Part shown: positions 35,116 through 44,660 of the stretch, piece after piece
Position numbering within the stretch: position 1 is the first letter of the stretch
Layout of the letters: each line of letters opens with the position of its first letter
NCBI GenBank assembly: GCA_044373115.1
Contig: JBILQQ010000002.1
Coordinates: forward strand, 64,081-128,080
DNA: 64,000 nt
Source: Flavobacterium sp.
GTDB taxonomy: Bacteria; Bacteroidota; Bacteroidia; Flavobacteriales; Flavobacteriaceae
Direction: 5' to 3'
Position numbers and translations under genes: made by a program
Notes under the pieces: model-generated
What the model saw: the letters and a program-made list of their open reading frames with translations, nothing else
Database searches by the model: none
Told to the model about the DNA's origin: nothing

Positions 35116-37287
35116 ATGATTTCAATTACCCCAAAAACCCTTCAGGATTTAGAATTTACAACCGTACTTCAAACCATATCAGATGGTTGCAATACTGAGC
35201 TTGGAAAAAGTAAGGCATTGGAAATTATTCCTTTTTCTGATGAGAAAGTACTACTTGATAACTTAACTCAAACTTCTGAATATCTTTCGTCTTACTCAAA
35301 CAACAATGCCATTCCAAATCATGGTTTTGAATCAGTTACTAATGAATTGAAATTCTTAGCAATTGAAGACAGTCAACTGGAAGTTTCAAGTTTCCGAAAA
35401 ATTGCAACCTTATCCGAAACGTCCAATACGTTAGTATTATTTTTTCGAAAATTTAAGGAGTATTATCCAAAATTACATGACGCATCTAATGAAGTTGAAG
35501 TAACTAAATATATTATACAAGTAATTGAAGATGTGGTCGATAAATTTGGTGAAGTTCGTGATAATGCTTCGCCAGATTTACTGAATATTAGAAAAGATAT
35601 GCAAGTAGTACGCGGAAAAGTAAACCAAAGTTTTGGAATGGCGTTAACACACTACAATTCATTAGGCTATTTGGACGATATTAAGGAAAGTTTTGTAGAA
35701 AATAGAAGGGTTTTGGCGGTTTTATCAATGTATCGTCGAAAAGTAAAAGGTGCAATTTTGGGAAGTTCAAAAACAGGAAGCATTGCCTTTGTGGAACCCG
35801 AATCCACACTGAATTACTCTCGCGAATTAAAAAATTTAGAATACGAAGAACAAAAGGAAATCACCAAAATATTAAAATATTTAACTACGCAACTCCGACC
35901 CTTTCATGATTTAATTTTACAATATCAAAACTTTTTAAGCGCTATTGATGTGATTGCAAGTAAGGCAAAATACGCCCGAAAAATAAATGGTATTTTGCCC
36001 ACAATAACCAATGAAAAACGTTTATTTTTTAGGGATGCTTACCACCCCATTTTATATTTATCAAACAAAATTAACAACCAAATTACCCATCCACAATCCA
36101 TTGAATTAAATCCAAATAATAGTATTATTGTCATTTCTGGACCTAATGCGGGTGGAAAAACAATTTCGTTGAAAACAGTAGGATTGCTCCAGTTAATGTT
36201 ACAAAGTGGCATATTGATTCCAGTTCATGAACGTAGTGAAACGTTTCTATTTGACCGAATACTAACAGATATTGGTGACAATCAATCTATTGAAAATCAT
36301 TTGAGTACCTACAGTTATCGATTAAAAAATATGAATTATTTTTTAAAAAAATGTAATGCCAAAACATTATTTTTAATTGACGAATTTGGAACGGGTTCAG
36401 ATCCAGATTTAGGAGGTGCTTTGGCTGAAGTATTTTTGGAAGAATTTTATCACCGTGAAGCATTTGGAATTATAACTACACACTACACCAACTTAAAAAT
36501 GCTGGCCAACGAACTGCCTAATGCAACCAATGCTAACATGTTGTTTGACGAGCGAACCTTGGAACCACTTTATAAATTAGTGCTTGGACAAGCAGGAAGT
36601 TCGTTTACTTTTGAAGTTGCTCAAAAAAATGGTATTCCGTTTGGATTAATTAATCGAGCCAAAAAGAAAGTTGAGGGCGACAAAGTGCGTTTTGACAAAA
36701 CCATTGCAACACTTCAAAAAGAACGTTCAAAAATGGAGAAAACTTCAATTAACTTAAAAGAAGAAGAAAACAAAGCGCGTGATGAGGGACGAAAAATGGA
36801 ACAAATTAATTTGAAAATAAAACAAAAACTTGAAAGTTATCAGGAATTGTATGATAGTAATCAGAAAATAATTTATTTGGGTCAAAAAATCGAAGATATT
36901 TCAGAAAAATATTTTAATTCAAAAAATAAAAAAGAACTTATAGGTGAATTTTTGAAATTAGTTGAAATTGAAAATTCCAAACGAAAAAAAGCTACTATAA
37001 AGGAAATCAAGGAAAAAGTATTACTTAAAACAGTCGTAGCAAAAGAAGTTGAAGTAAAAGTTGAAGCAATTAGAGTTGAAAAGAAGGAGAAAAAAATAAA
37101 AGCAAGTTTGGCAGAAGAAAAGCCAAAAATGGTTTTAAAAATTGGGGATCGAGTTCGAATGTTTGACGGAAAGGCAATTGGCTCTATTGATAAAATTGAA
37201 AAAAACAAAGCCATTGTAAATTATGGTGTGTTTACTTCTTCAGTAAGTTTAGATGTATTAGAATTTGTTGAACGTCCTAAAAAATAA
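35116..37287 (+). CDS. mutS2: MutS2 family protein (Smr domain not recognisable)
   Basis: 723 aa; Walker A GPNAGGKT, DEFGTGSDP, THY; Lys/Glu-rich coiled coil; C-terminal KOW-like GDRVRMFDGKAIG. Confidence 0.85.
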   Translation: MISITPKTLQDLEFTTVLQTISDGCNTELGKSKALEIIPFSDEKVLLDNLTQTSEYLSSYSNNNAIPNHGFESVTNELKFLAIEDSQLEVSSFRKIATLSETSNTLVLFFRKFKEYYPKLHDASNEVEVTKYIIQVIEDVVDKFGEVRDNASPDLLNIRKDMQVVRGKVNQSFGMALTHYNSLGYLDDIKESFVENRRVLAVLSMYRRKVKGAILGSSKTGSIAFVEPESTLNYSRELKNLEYEEQKEITKILKYLTTQLRPFHDLILQYQNFLSAIDVIASKAKYARKINGILPTITNEKRLFFRDAYHPILYLSNKINNQITHPQSIELNPNNSIIVISGPNAGGKTISLKTVGLLQLMLQSGILIPVHERSETFLFDRILTDIGDNQSIENHLSTYSYRLKNMNYFLKKCNAKTLFLIDEFGTGSDPDLGGALAEVFLEEFYHREAFGIITTHYTNLKMLANELPNATNANMLFDERTLEPLYKLVLGQAGSSFTFEVAQKNGIPFGLINRAKKKVEGDKVRFDKTIATLQKERSKMEKTSINLKEEENKARDEGRKMEQINLKIKQKLESYQELYDSNQKIIYLGQKIEDISEKYFNSKNKKELIGEFLKLVEIENSKRKKATIKEIKEKVLLKTVVAKEVEVKVEAIRVEKKEKKIKASLAEEKPKMVLKIGDRVRMFDGKAIGSIDKIEKNKAIVNYGVFTSSVSLDVLEFVERPKK

Positions 37288-37706
37288 TGAATAACCTACC
37301 CGAACATAAAAAAATTATATTATTTGATGGAGTTTGCAATCTCTGTAATGGTTTTGTACAATTTATAATTAAAAATGATAAAAAAGATATTTTTAGATTT
37401 GTTTCCTTACAATCGGAATTAGGAAAATCGATGATGTCAAATTCAACTTATACTACTGTTACATTAGATAGTGTTGTGCTGTTTGATGTTGATTCAAAAT
37501 CGTATAAAAATAAATCGGCAGCAGTATTTGAAATTTTTTATACATTAAATCGTTTCAAAGTAGTTTTACAACTAGCCTCTTTTTTACCAATAAGATGTAC
37601 TGATTTTTTGTATAAAATTATTGCCCGAAACAGGTATCTTCTTTTTGGAAAAAAAGAATCTTGTTTGATTCCAACTCCAGCATTAAGTTCAAAATTTTTA
37701 TTATAA
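37287..37706 (+). CDS. DCC-family thiol-disulfide oxidoreductase (DUF393)
   Basis: FDGVCNLCNGFVQF motif; ATGA-type overlap with mutS2. Confidence 0.8.
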   Translation: MNNLPEHKKIILFDGVCNLCNGFVQFIIKNDKKDIFRFVSLQSELGKSMMSNSTYTTVTLDSVVLFDVDSKSYKNKSAAVFEIFYTLNRFKVVLQLASFLPIRCTDFLYKIIARNRYLLFGKKESCLIPTPALSSKFLL

Positions 37707-37738
37707 AAAAAAACTCCTTAATTGCTTAAGGAGTTTTT
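37705..37738. terminator. Bidirectional rho-independent terminator
   Basis: A9, ACTCCTTAA-ttgc-TTAAGGAGT, T-run; lies between convergent genes. Confidence 0.75.
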
Positions 37739-37757
37739 AAATTTATATTAAAAAGTA

Positions 37758-38822
37758 TTAGTTTTTAACTACTTTTTTGATGCTTGAACCTTGGTCAGAA
37801 GTAACATTCATCATGTAAACACCAGTTGATAAATCACTAATATTTATTTGACCTTCTGTAGCATTTAACGTTACATTTTTAACTACTCTTCCGTTTAAGT
37901 CAGTCATTTCGATAGTTGAAATAATTGCGTTTGAAGAATTAGAAACGTTTACAACATCATTTGCTGGATTTGGATATACAGAGAAATCTGTTGTATTAGA
38001 AACGAAATTGTTATTTTCTAGTAATGTATTAGTTGCTGATGCTCTAGACACAAAATTATCCATTACCATTGAAGCTTCAGATGTGTTTGCAACAGTAGTT
38101 GAATGTCCAGAAAAACCAACAAAATCAATTTCGTCAGGATCAGTACCTGCAGCACTTCCAGCAATTAATATACCAGTTGTAGGAAGTCCAGGAGCTTTAA
38201 TAATATAGTCCCCAGTAGTTTTATTGTAGGAAATTCCGATTCTACTGAAAGTATTAGCTGGTAATAATACAGGTGATGTTGAAGAAGCACCTAATCCGTA
38301 AGTCCAATTGTTAACTGTTTGACCTGATGGAGTAGAGTAAGCAACTGCAGACAATTCACGAGTTGCAGCTCTAACTACAAAACCAGCAAGTACTCTATCT
38401 CCAGCAGCGTTAAATAAATAAACACCAATTCTATTTCTACTTGTAGTAGTTCCAGCACCAGGATTGATATCAACTTCAATTTCAATTATATTATTTCCTG
38501 TGGTACGAGATGTCCAAAGACCTGCTAGACCACTTTTCCATACATAAGTTCCTCCTTTGTCACCATTAGGTCCAGTAATTTGAAGACCCAAACTTGAGTT
38601 TCCGCCAGCAACTATTTGTGCATTATTTGCACTTGCATTAGTTGTGGTTGTAGTTGTTGAATTTGTAGAAAATAAAGAAAATCCACCTTGTCCAGCAGTT
38701 GCACCAGTAATGTCGGTTGCCACATTACCAACAGTTAAAGCATTAAAATTTTCTGACATTAATGTTTGTGAATTCATCGTTGCGGATAAAGCTAATAATC
38801 CGATAAGTAAAATTTTTTTCAT
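37758..38822 (-). CDS. T9SS-secreted protein of unknown function
   Basis: Signal peptide; C-terminal VYPNPANDVVNV...LSTGVYMMNV sorting-domain pattern. Confidence 0.7.
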   Translation of the reverse strand: MKKILLIGLLALSATMNSQTLMSENFNALTVGNVATDITGATAGQGGFSLFSTNSTTTTTTNASANNAQIVAGGNSSLGLQITGPNGDKGGTYVWKSGLAGLWTSRTTGNNIIEIEVDINPGAGTTTSRNRIGVYLFNAAGDRVLAGFVVRAATRELSAVAYSTPSGQTVNNWTYGLGASSTSPVLLPANTFSRIGISYNKTTGDYIIKAPGLPTTGILIAGSAAGTDPDEIDFVGFSGHSTTVANTSEASMVMDNFVSRASATNTLLENNNFVSNTTDFSVYPNPANDVVNVSNSSNAIISTIEMTDLNGRVVKNVTLNATEGQINISDLSTGVYMMNVTSDQGSSIKKVVKN

Positions 38823-38916
38823 AATAGTTTTTTTTTGTTAAGATAAAAAATTTGTTTGTTAAATATGTGACAAATATATAAAATAAATTAAATATTATTA
38901 CATTTTTATTTTTTTT

Positions 38917-40176
38917 TTACTCTTTTTCCCATTTTCCAACTACACTAGTCGCTAAAGCATTACCAAGTACATTGGTGGCGCTCCTAAACATATCACAAAA
39001 ATGGTCTATTGGTAATATTAACGCTATACCTACTGCAGGAATATCAAACATTCCGCAGGTAGCAGCAACTACTACTAAACTTGCTCGTGGTACACCAGCA
39101 ATGCCTTTGCTTGTAAGCATTAATACTAACAACATGGTTAATTGTGTACCTAAATCCAAAGGTATATCATAAGCCTGAGCAATAAATATACTTGCAAAAG
39201 TCATGTACATCATGCTTCCATCTAAATTAAATGAATAACCTAATGGTAGCATAAACGAAACTATTTTGTCTTTCACTCCAAAGCGTTCCAACTCTTCGGT
39301 TAATTTAGGAAAAACAGCTTCGCTACTTGTAGTTCCAAATGCAATAGCGAGTGGACTAACAATTCTTTTTAGCAAAACGGTCATTCGAGATTGTAAGAAA
39401 ATATATCCGACAGATAAAAGAAAAAACCAAAGTGTTGCTATACCTATTAAAAAAGATCCAAAGAAATAAATGTAGGTTTTAAATAAATCGTACCAATCAA
39501 TTATTGCTAAAACGCTTGCAATAGCTCCAAATACACCAAACGGTGCAAACTTCATTACATAATTAACCATTTTTAAAATGATATGCGATGTTTTGTCAAG
39601 TGCGTTAACTACAGGTTTGGCATCGTTTCCAATAGCTGCAGCTGCAAGACCAAAAAATATTGAAAAAATTACAATTTGCAAAATTTCGTTGGTTGCCATT
39701 GCTTCTACTATACTTTTAGGAATTATGTGCTCCACAAAGTTTTGAGCTGAAAAGCCTTCTGTTTTTTGAACAATTTCGGATGCTTTTGCTGTGTCAATTT
39801 TTGGTAAGGTTATGTTTTCACCTGGTTTTAAAATATTTACCCAAAGCATACCTATTAATAATGAAATAAAAGATGCTGTAAAAAACCATCCGAGGGCTTT
39901 ACCACCAATTCGTCCAACTGATTTAATATCGCCTAATTTTGCAATACCAACAACAAGTGTGGTAAATACAAGTGGCGAAATGATCATTTGAACCAGCCTA
40001 ATAAATATTGTTGCGAGTAGTTTTATTTTTTCGCTAAAGGATTGTCTAAAGGCTTCGTCATAATTTTTGAAAATAAAAATTCCTAAAATAGCTCCTAGAA
40101 ATACTGCTATAAATATTTGAACGGTTAAGTTACTTAAAATGGATTTTTTTTCTTGAGTAGTAATTGATGTATTCAT
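38917..40176 (-). CDS. Dicarboxylate/amino acid:cation symporter (DAACS family)
   Basis: 419 aa polytopic; GTTSSEAVFP and DMFRSATNVLGNA conserved blocks. Confidence 0.9.
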   Translation of the reverse strand: MNTSITTQEKKSILSNLTVQIFIAVFLGAILGIFIFKNYDEAFRQSFSEKIKLLATIFIRLVQMIISPLVFTTLVVGIAKLGDIKSVGRIGGKALGWFFTASFISLLIGMLWVNILKPGENITLPKIDTAKASEIVQKTEGFSAQNFVEHIIPKSIVEAMATNEILQIVIFSIFFGLAAAAIGNDAKPVVNALDKTSHIILKMVNYVMKFAPFGVFGAIASVLAIIDWYDLFKTYIYFFGSFLIGIATLWFFLLSVGYIFLQSRMTVLLKRIVSPLAIAFGTTSSEAVFPKLTEELERFGVKDKIVSFMLPLGYSFNLDGSMMYMTFASIFIAQAYDIPLDLGTQLTMLLVLMLTSKGIAGVPRASLVVVAATCGMFDIPAVGIALILPIDHFCDMFRSATNVLGNALATSVVGKWEKE

Positions 40177-40188
40177 AGTTTGTGTTTT

Positions 40189-40340
40189 AGCCCAGATAGT
40201 AGTGGAAAGCTTTATGAAAAAAAACCGTATTTTTTTTTAAATTAAAAGAGCGACTCCCGACCCTTCGGGAGAAGCTCCTTTTAATTTAAAAAAAAAAGGT
40301 TTTTTGAATAAACTTGGAACGGATAGCTGGAAATTGCTTC
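40189..40340 (-). repeat. Structured intergenic repeat, family copy C, carrying a nested hairpin insertion
   Basis: Same end blocks as copies A and B (AGCCCAGATAGTAGTGGAAAGC ... GGAACGGATAGCTGG ... TTGCTTCAAA); inner element 40239-40289 with CTCCCGA-ccct-TCGGGAG. Confidence 0.6.
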
Positions 40341-40348
40341 AAATTAAA

Positions 40349-41407
40349 TTAATATAGTTTGTTTTGTAAATAAAAATCGGTAATTACCAATGCTGCCATT
40401 GCTTCAACTATTGGTACTGCCCTAGGCACTACGCAGGGGTCATGACGTCCTTTTCCGTGTTGGATTTGTATAGTTTTTTGGTCGGTTAATACGTTTTGGT
40501 TTTGGATTAAAGTTGCAACGGGTTTAAATGCTACTCTGAAATAAATGTCCATTCCGTTGGAAATTCCTCCTTGTATGCCTCCTGACAGGTTGGTTTTAGT
40601 GGTTCCGTCCTCATTATATAGGTCGTTGTGTTGACTTCCTTTCATTTGTGCGCCACAAAAACCGCTACCGTACTCAAACCCTTTTACGGCATTTATTGAC
40701 AGCATGGCTTTGCCTAATTCGGCATGTAATTTATCAAAAACGGGTTCGCCCAATCCAATTGGAACATTTTGGATTACGCAGGTTATGGTTCCTCCGACGG
40801 TATCGCCCTCTTTTTTTATGTCCTTAATATATGATTCCATTTTTTGGGCTGTAGCCAAATCAGGACATCGGACAGGGTTAGATTCAATAAGGGAAAAATC
40901 AAGATCTTGATAGGGTTTATCTAAAAAAATAGTTCCTACCGACGAAACAAAAGCGTTTATTTTAATGTTTTTAATAACTTGTTTAGCGATTGCTCCTGCT
41001 GCTACCCTACTTGCAGTTTCGCGTGCTGAGCTGCGTCCGCCGCCACGATAATCTCTAATTCCATATTTTTGCTGGTACACATAATCGGCATGGCTGGGTC
41101 TATATGTATTTTGAATATGGGAATAATCGTCAGATTTTTGATTAGTATTTGGGATAGTAAAACCTATCGGTGTTCCTGTAGTTTTACCGTCAAAAATACC
41201 AGAATAAAAAACCACTTCGTCATTTTCATTTCGTTGAGTAACAATGCTTGACTGACCCGGTTTACGTCGTTTCATTTCATTTTCAATGGCATCAAAATCA
41301 ATTAAAATACCTGGAGGGCATCCATCAATTATTCCGCCAAGAGCTTCTCCATGGGATTCGCCGAAGGTGGTTATTTTGAAAATTTTACCAAAACTATTAC
41401 CTGCCAT
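40349..41407 (-). CDS. aroC: Chorismate synthase
   Basis: [23 protein letters not shown]. Confidence 0.95.
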   Translation of the reverse strand: MAGNSFGKIFKITTFGESHGEALGGIIDGCPPGILIDFDAIENEMKRRKPGQSSIVTQRNENDEVVFYSGIFDGKTTGTPIGFTIPNTNQKSDDYSHIQNTYRPSHADYVYQQKYGIRDYRGGGRSSARETASRVAAGAIAKQVIKNIKINAFVSSVGTIFLDKPYQDLDFSLIESNPVRCPDLATAQKMESYIKDIKKEGDTVGGTITCVIQNVPIGLGEPVFDKLHAELGKAMLSINAVKGFEYGSGFCGAQMKGSQHNDLYNEDGTTKTNLSGGIQGGISNGMDIYFRVAFKPVATLIQNQNVLTDQKTIQIQHGKGRHDPCVVPRAVPIVEAMAALVITDFYLQNKLY

Positions 41408-41548
41408 AAATTAAACTTTTTAACAAATATAGTTTTTTCAAATTAAGAATAAAAAAAAACGAACTTTTTTTTTACTATTATGTGAGTTGTATTTGGTGTT
41501 TTTTTTTGTTTATTTGTACTCCTAATTAATTAATAAATGCCTTAAATT

Positions 41549-42340
41549 ATGAAAACAAGATTTTTTTATTTATTTATTTGTGGTTTAGTACTTGCCTCAT
41601 GTTCCTCAAGTTCAGGTGAAGATGATGCCAATGCTGCAACTACTCATTTTCCGTTATCCAATGGGAATTATTGGACGTATGATGTTGATGCTCAAATTGA
41701 TGGTCGTGATTCATTGTATGTTAAAGGAGATACAACCATTAGCTCTAAAGCATACAAAAAAATGAAAACGAAGCAAATTGCTATAGGATTTTTTTCAAAT
41801 TCACTGCGTAATAACGGACTCCGAGTTAATGGTAGTTTGGTACAGTTAACTGGTTCCATTTCATTTGATTTAGGATTAACAACTCCTTTAGCGTTTGGTG
41901 TTCAAGATTTTACGATTTTGAAAAAGAATGCTTCACAAAATGATGTTTTAAGCACCGTTTCAGGAACGTTTAATCAAACAGTTGGCACATATCCTGTTAC
42001 TTTTGATTATACAATTAAATCAATTGCTGACGGAACAATGACAAGTTTAACATCGAATGGTGATACCTTTACTGATATTCAAAAAACAAAAGTGATATTA
42101 AGTTTAAAAGCCACATCCACTACCGTAATTCCTGGCACAACAATACCAATTACATTAGTTTTGTTAAGTCAGCAAGATGTAATTACATCCACTCAATACT
42201 ATGCTAAAAACATTGGGATGGTTTATGCGGATACTAATTTATCGTACCAATTAAATTCGTTACCAAATGTTGATTTACCTATTCCAACATCTGGAAGTCA
42301 AAATGTTAAAGAATATTTAGATACTTATTTGGCAAACTAA
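41549..42340 (+). CDS. Lipoprotein of unknown function
   Basis: Lipobox LVLASCSSSS. Confidence 0.6.
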   Translation: MKTRFFYLFICGLVLASCSSSSGEDDANAATTHFPLSNGNYWTYDVDAQIDGRDSLYVKGDTTISSKAYKKMKTKQIAIGFFSNSLRNNGLRVNGSLVQLTGSISFDLGLTTPLAFGVQDFTILKKNASQNDVLSTVSGTFNQTVGTYPVTFDYTIKSIADGTMTSLTSNGDTFTDIQKTKVILSLKATSTTVIPGTTIPITLVLLSQQDVITSTQYYAKNIGMVYADTNLSYQLNSLPNVDLPIPTSGSQNVKEYLDTYLAN

Positions 42341-42381
42341 ATACTATAATTTGTAACCTTGCGTTTTAACTAAAACATTTT

Positions 42382-42867
42382 ATGAAAAAAAAAATCTTAG
42401 TATTGGTTGTTTTATTTTCTGGATTTCAAATGATGGGTCAGGACATTGCTAAAAATGCAATAGGTTTACGACTTGGAGATAACGATGGTTTGGGTGCTGA
42501 AATCACTTACCAGCGAGGTCTTTCTGATAAAAATAGATTAGAGTTTGATTTAGGATTCAGAAATAGTGCTGAAATAAGTGCATTCAAAATTGCAGGCTTG
42601 TATCAATGGGTTTGGGATATTGATTCTGATTTTAATTGGTATGCAGGTGTTGGAGGCGGTGTTGGTAGTTGGAGCTCTGAAATTGCTAATGTTAAAAATT
42701 CAGGAACCTTTTTGTTTGCCGCTGGTGACGTTGGTATTGAATACAATTTTGATTTTCCATTACAATTATCTTTGGATGCCAGACCCGAAATTTATGTTTT
42801 TTCAAAAGGCTATAGAAATTCTAATTTTGGACCCGACATAGCGTTGAGTGTGAGATATAAATTTTAA
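42382..42867 (+). CDS. Small outer-membrane beta-barrel protein
   Basis: Signal peptide, Gly/aromatic-rich alternating strands, C-terminal SVRYKF. Confidence 0.6.
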   Translation: MKKKILVLVVLFSGFQMMGQDIAKNAIGLRLGDNDGLGAEITYQRGLSDKNRLEFDLGFRNSAEISAFKIAGLYQWVWDIDSDFNWYAGVGGGVGSWSSEIANVKNSGTFLFAAGDVGIEYNFDFPLQLSLDARPEIYVFSKGYRNSNFGPDIALSVRYKF

Positions 42868-42868
42868 T

Positions 42869-42900
42869 AAAAAAAGGGGAAATTAGTTTTCCCTTTTTTT
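42869..42900. terminator. Bidirectional rho-independent terminator
   Basis: A7, GGGAAA-ttagt-TTTCCC, T7; overlaps the stop of the minus-strand gene. Confidence 0.65.
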
Positions 42901-43322
42901 TAATCTAAAATTTCAATTTCTTTTTTAGATTTAACTTTAATGATATAGTACGGCTTTGTATTTGTCACTTTTTGATTAGCTGTAGGAGCTATTTCTTTAA
43001 TAGTTAAAATGATTTTGGTTTTAGTTTCTTGAATTTTAGTAACTTTTATCGTATAACCTTCTTTGTCTTTTTCGCCTAAATTAACTAATATAAAGTTATT
43101 GGTTTTGATGTCATTTTTGGTTACGTAACGTTTAATAATATCATCTGAAAGCAACATTTTAAATTCGTTTTCTTCAGTCACCATTTCATAAAATTGGAAC
43201 GATGCCCCACCGTAATCACCACCCACTAAAATATCGTATTTAACCTTTGATTCAAGTGGTTTTTTGATGGTGTTACAAGTAACAAAAGAAAGTGATAAAA
43301 TTATTAAAAATACTTTTTTCAT
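42900..43322 (-). CDS. Lipoprotein of unknown function
   Basis: Lipobox LSFVTCN; 4-nt overlap with bshA. Confidence 0.55.
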   Translation of the reverse strand: MKKVFLIILSLSFVTCNTIKKPLESKVKYDILVGGDYGGASFQFYEMVTEENEFKMLLSDDIIKRYVTKNDIKTNNFILVNLGEKDKEGYTIKVTKIQETKTKIILTIKEIAPTANQKVTNTKPYYIIKVKSKKEIEILD

Positions 43323-44452
43323 AACAATAATTGTATAGCTTTTTGATAAATTTCCTCATACAATGGCAAAATATTTTTAATGTCAAATTTTTGTGCATTT
43401 AACAAGGCATTTTCTTTAAACGTTTGTAATGAAGAATTAGTATGCAAAATTTTGAGTGCATTTTCAGCCATTTGATCCGTATCACCAACATCAGACAAAT
43501 AGCCAGAAACACCTTCAATGTTAACTTCGGGCAAACCACCTGAATTACTTGAAATAACAGGAACGCTCCACGCCATAGCTTCAAGAGCTGCAAGTCCAAA
43601 ACTTTCTGTTTCGGAAGGTAGAAGAAAAAGATCAGAATAAGATAAAATTTTATCAATTTCGTTGCTGTTGCCAAAAAAGATTACTTTATCAGAAATATTT
43701 AGTTTATCACAAAGTTTTTCAGCTTTTTCTCTTTCGGGACCATCACCTACCATCATTAATTTGGCAGGAATTTTTTGTTGAATTTTATTAAAAATAATTA
43801 TAACATCTTCAATTCGTTTTACTTTTCTAAAATTACTAATATGTGTAATAATTCGCTCGTTAGTATTTGCCATAACTGAACGATTACATGAGATTTCAGA
43901 TTCAGATTTTGGTTTGTTAAGTTCAATAAAATTGGGTATTACCACAATGTCTTTTTTTATTTCAAACAATTCGTGTGTTGCTTTTTTCAAACTTTCGGAA
44001 ACTGAAGTAACTACATCCGATTTATTAATACTAAAACATACGGCTGTTTTGTAATTTGGATGGTTACCAACTAAGGTTATATCCGTTCCGTGGAGTGTGG
44101 TTACCATTGGAATTACAATTCCTTCGTCTTTCAACATTTGTTTTGCCATATAGCCTGCGTAGGCATGAGGAATGGCATAATGTACGTGGAGAAGCTCTAT
44201 TTTATATAACTTAACCATGTCAACTAATTTACTAGAAAGGGCAAGTTCGTAGGGTTGGTAGTGAAAAAGTGGGTACTCAGGAACGTTTACTTCGTGATAA
44301 TGAACATTAGGATTTAATAGTGCTAATCGAACAGGTTGCTTGTAGGTAATGAAATGTATTTCGTGTCCTTTGTGTGCTAATTCAAGTCCGAGTTCGGTGG
44401 CTACTACACCGCTTCCGCCAAAGGTTGGATAACACACGATTGCTATTTTCAT
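43319..44452 (-). CDS. bshA: N-acetyl-alpha-D-glucosaminyl L-malate synthase (GT4 glycosyltransferase, bacillithiol biosynthesis)
   Basis: N-terminus MKIAIVCYPTFGGSGVVATELGLELAHKGHEIHFI typical of BshA; E..E GT4 C-terminal motif SESFGLAALEAMA. Confidence 0.8.
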   Translation of the reverse strand: MKIAIVCYPTFGGSGVVATELGLELAHKGHEIHFITYKQPVRLALLNPNVHYHEVNVPEYPLFHYQPYELALSSKLVDMVKLYKIELLHVHYAIPHAYAGYMAKQMLKDEGIVIPMVTTLHGTDITLVGNHPNYKTAVCFSINKSDVVTSVSESLKKATHELFEIKKDIVVIPNFIELNKPKSESEISCNRSVMANTNERIITHISNFRKVKRIEDVIIIFNKIQQKIPAKLMMVGDGPEREKAEKLCDKLNISDKVIFFGNSNEIDKILSYSDLFLLPSETESFGLAALEAMAWSVPVISSNSGGLPEVNIEGVSGYLSDVGDTDQMAENALKILHTNSSLQTFKENALLNAQKFDIKNILPLYEEIYQKAIQLLL

Positions 44453-44547
44453 AATTCTATTTGATTTGAAATTCGATTATTAAGGTACTAAATTACAATA
44501 ATTCTTTTTTTGAAATGTTAATAAAAGTACAAATGATTGATAAATTA

Positions 44548-44655
44548 GCCCCGATTGAAGTGGAAATCCTTTTTGTTTTTTTTTTTCAAAAAACAAAAAG
44601 ATTGAAACGAAAAGCGGGAAAATGGTTGATAAATAAAGCCCGAACCTGTTGCTTC
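44548..44655 (-). repeat. Structured intergenic repeat, family copy A
   Basis: Minus-strand reading GAAGCAACAGG...CCCGCTTTTCGTTTCAATC-[CTTTTTGTTTTTT/AAAAAACAAAAAG stem]-GGATTTCCACTTCAATCGGGGCTAA; starts 6 nt after the stop of the 998-aa gene. Confidence 0.65.
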
Positions 44656-44660
44656 AAAAA

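Noticed and set aside
44570-44600. Central stems of the repeat family as classical rho-independent terminators
   Set aside because: The stems are A/T-rich or lack a U-tract immediately 3' of the helix in the transcribed orientation. Genuine terminators in this window (for example 25500-25536 and 37705-37738) look different.
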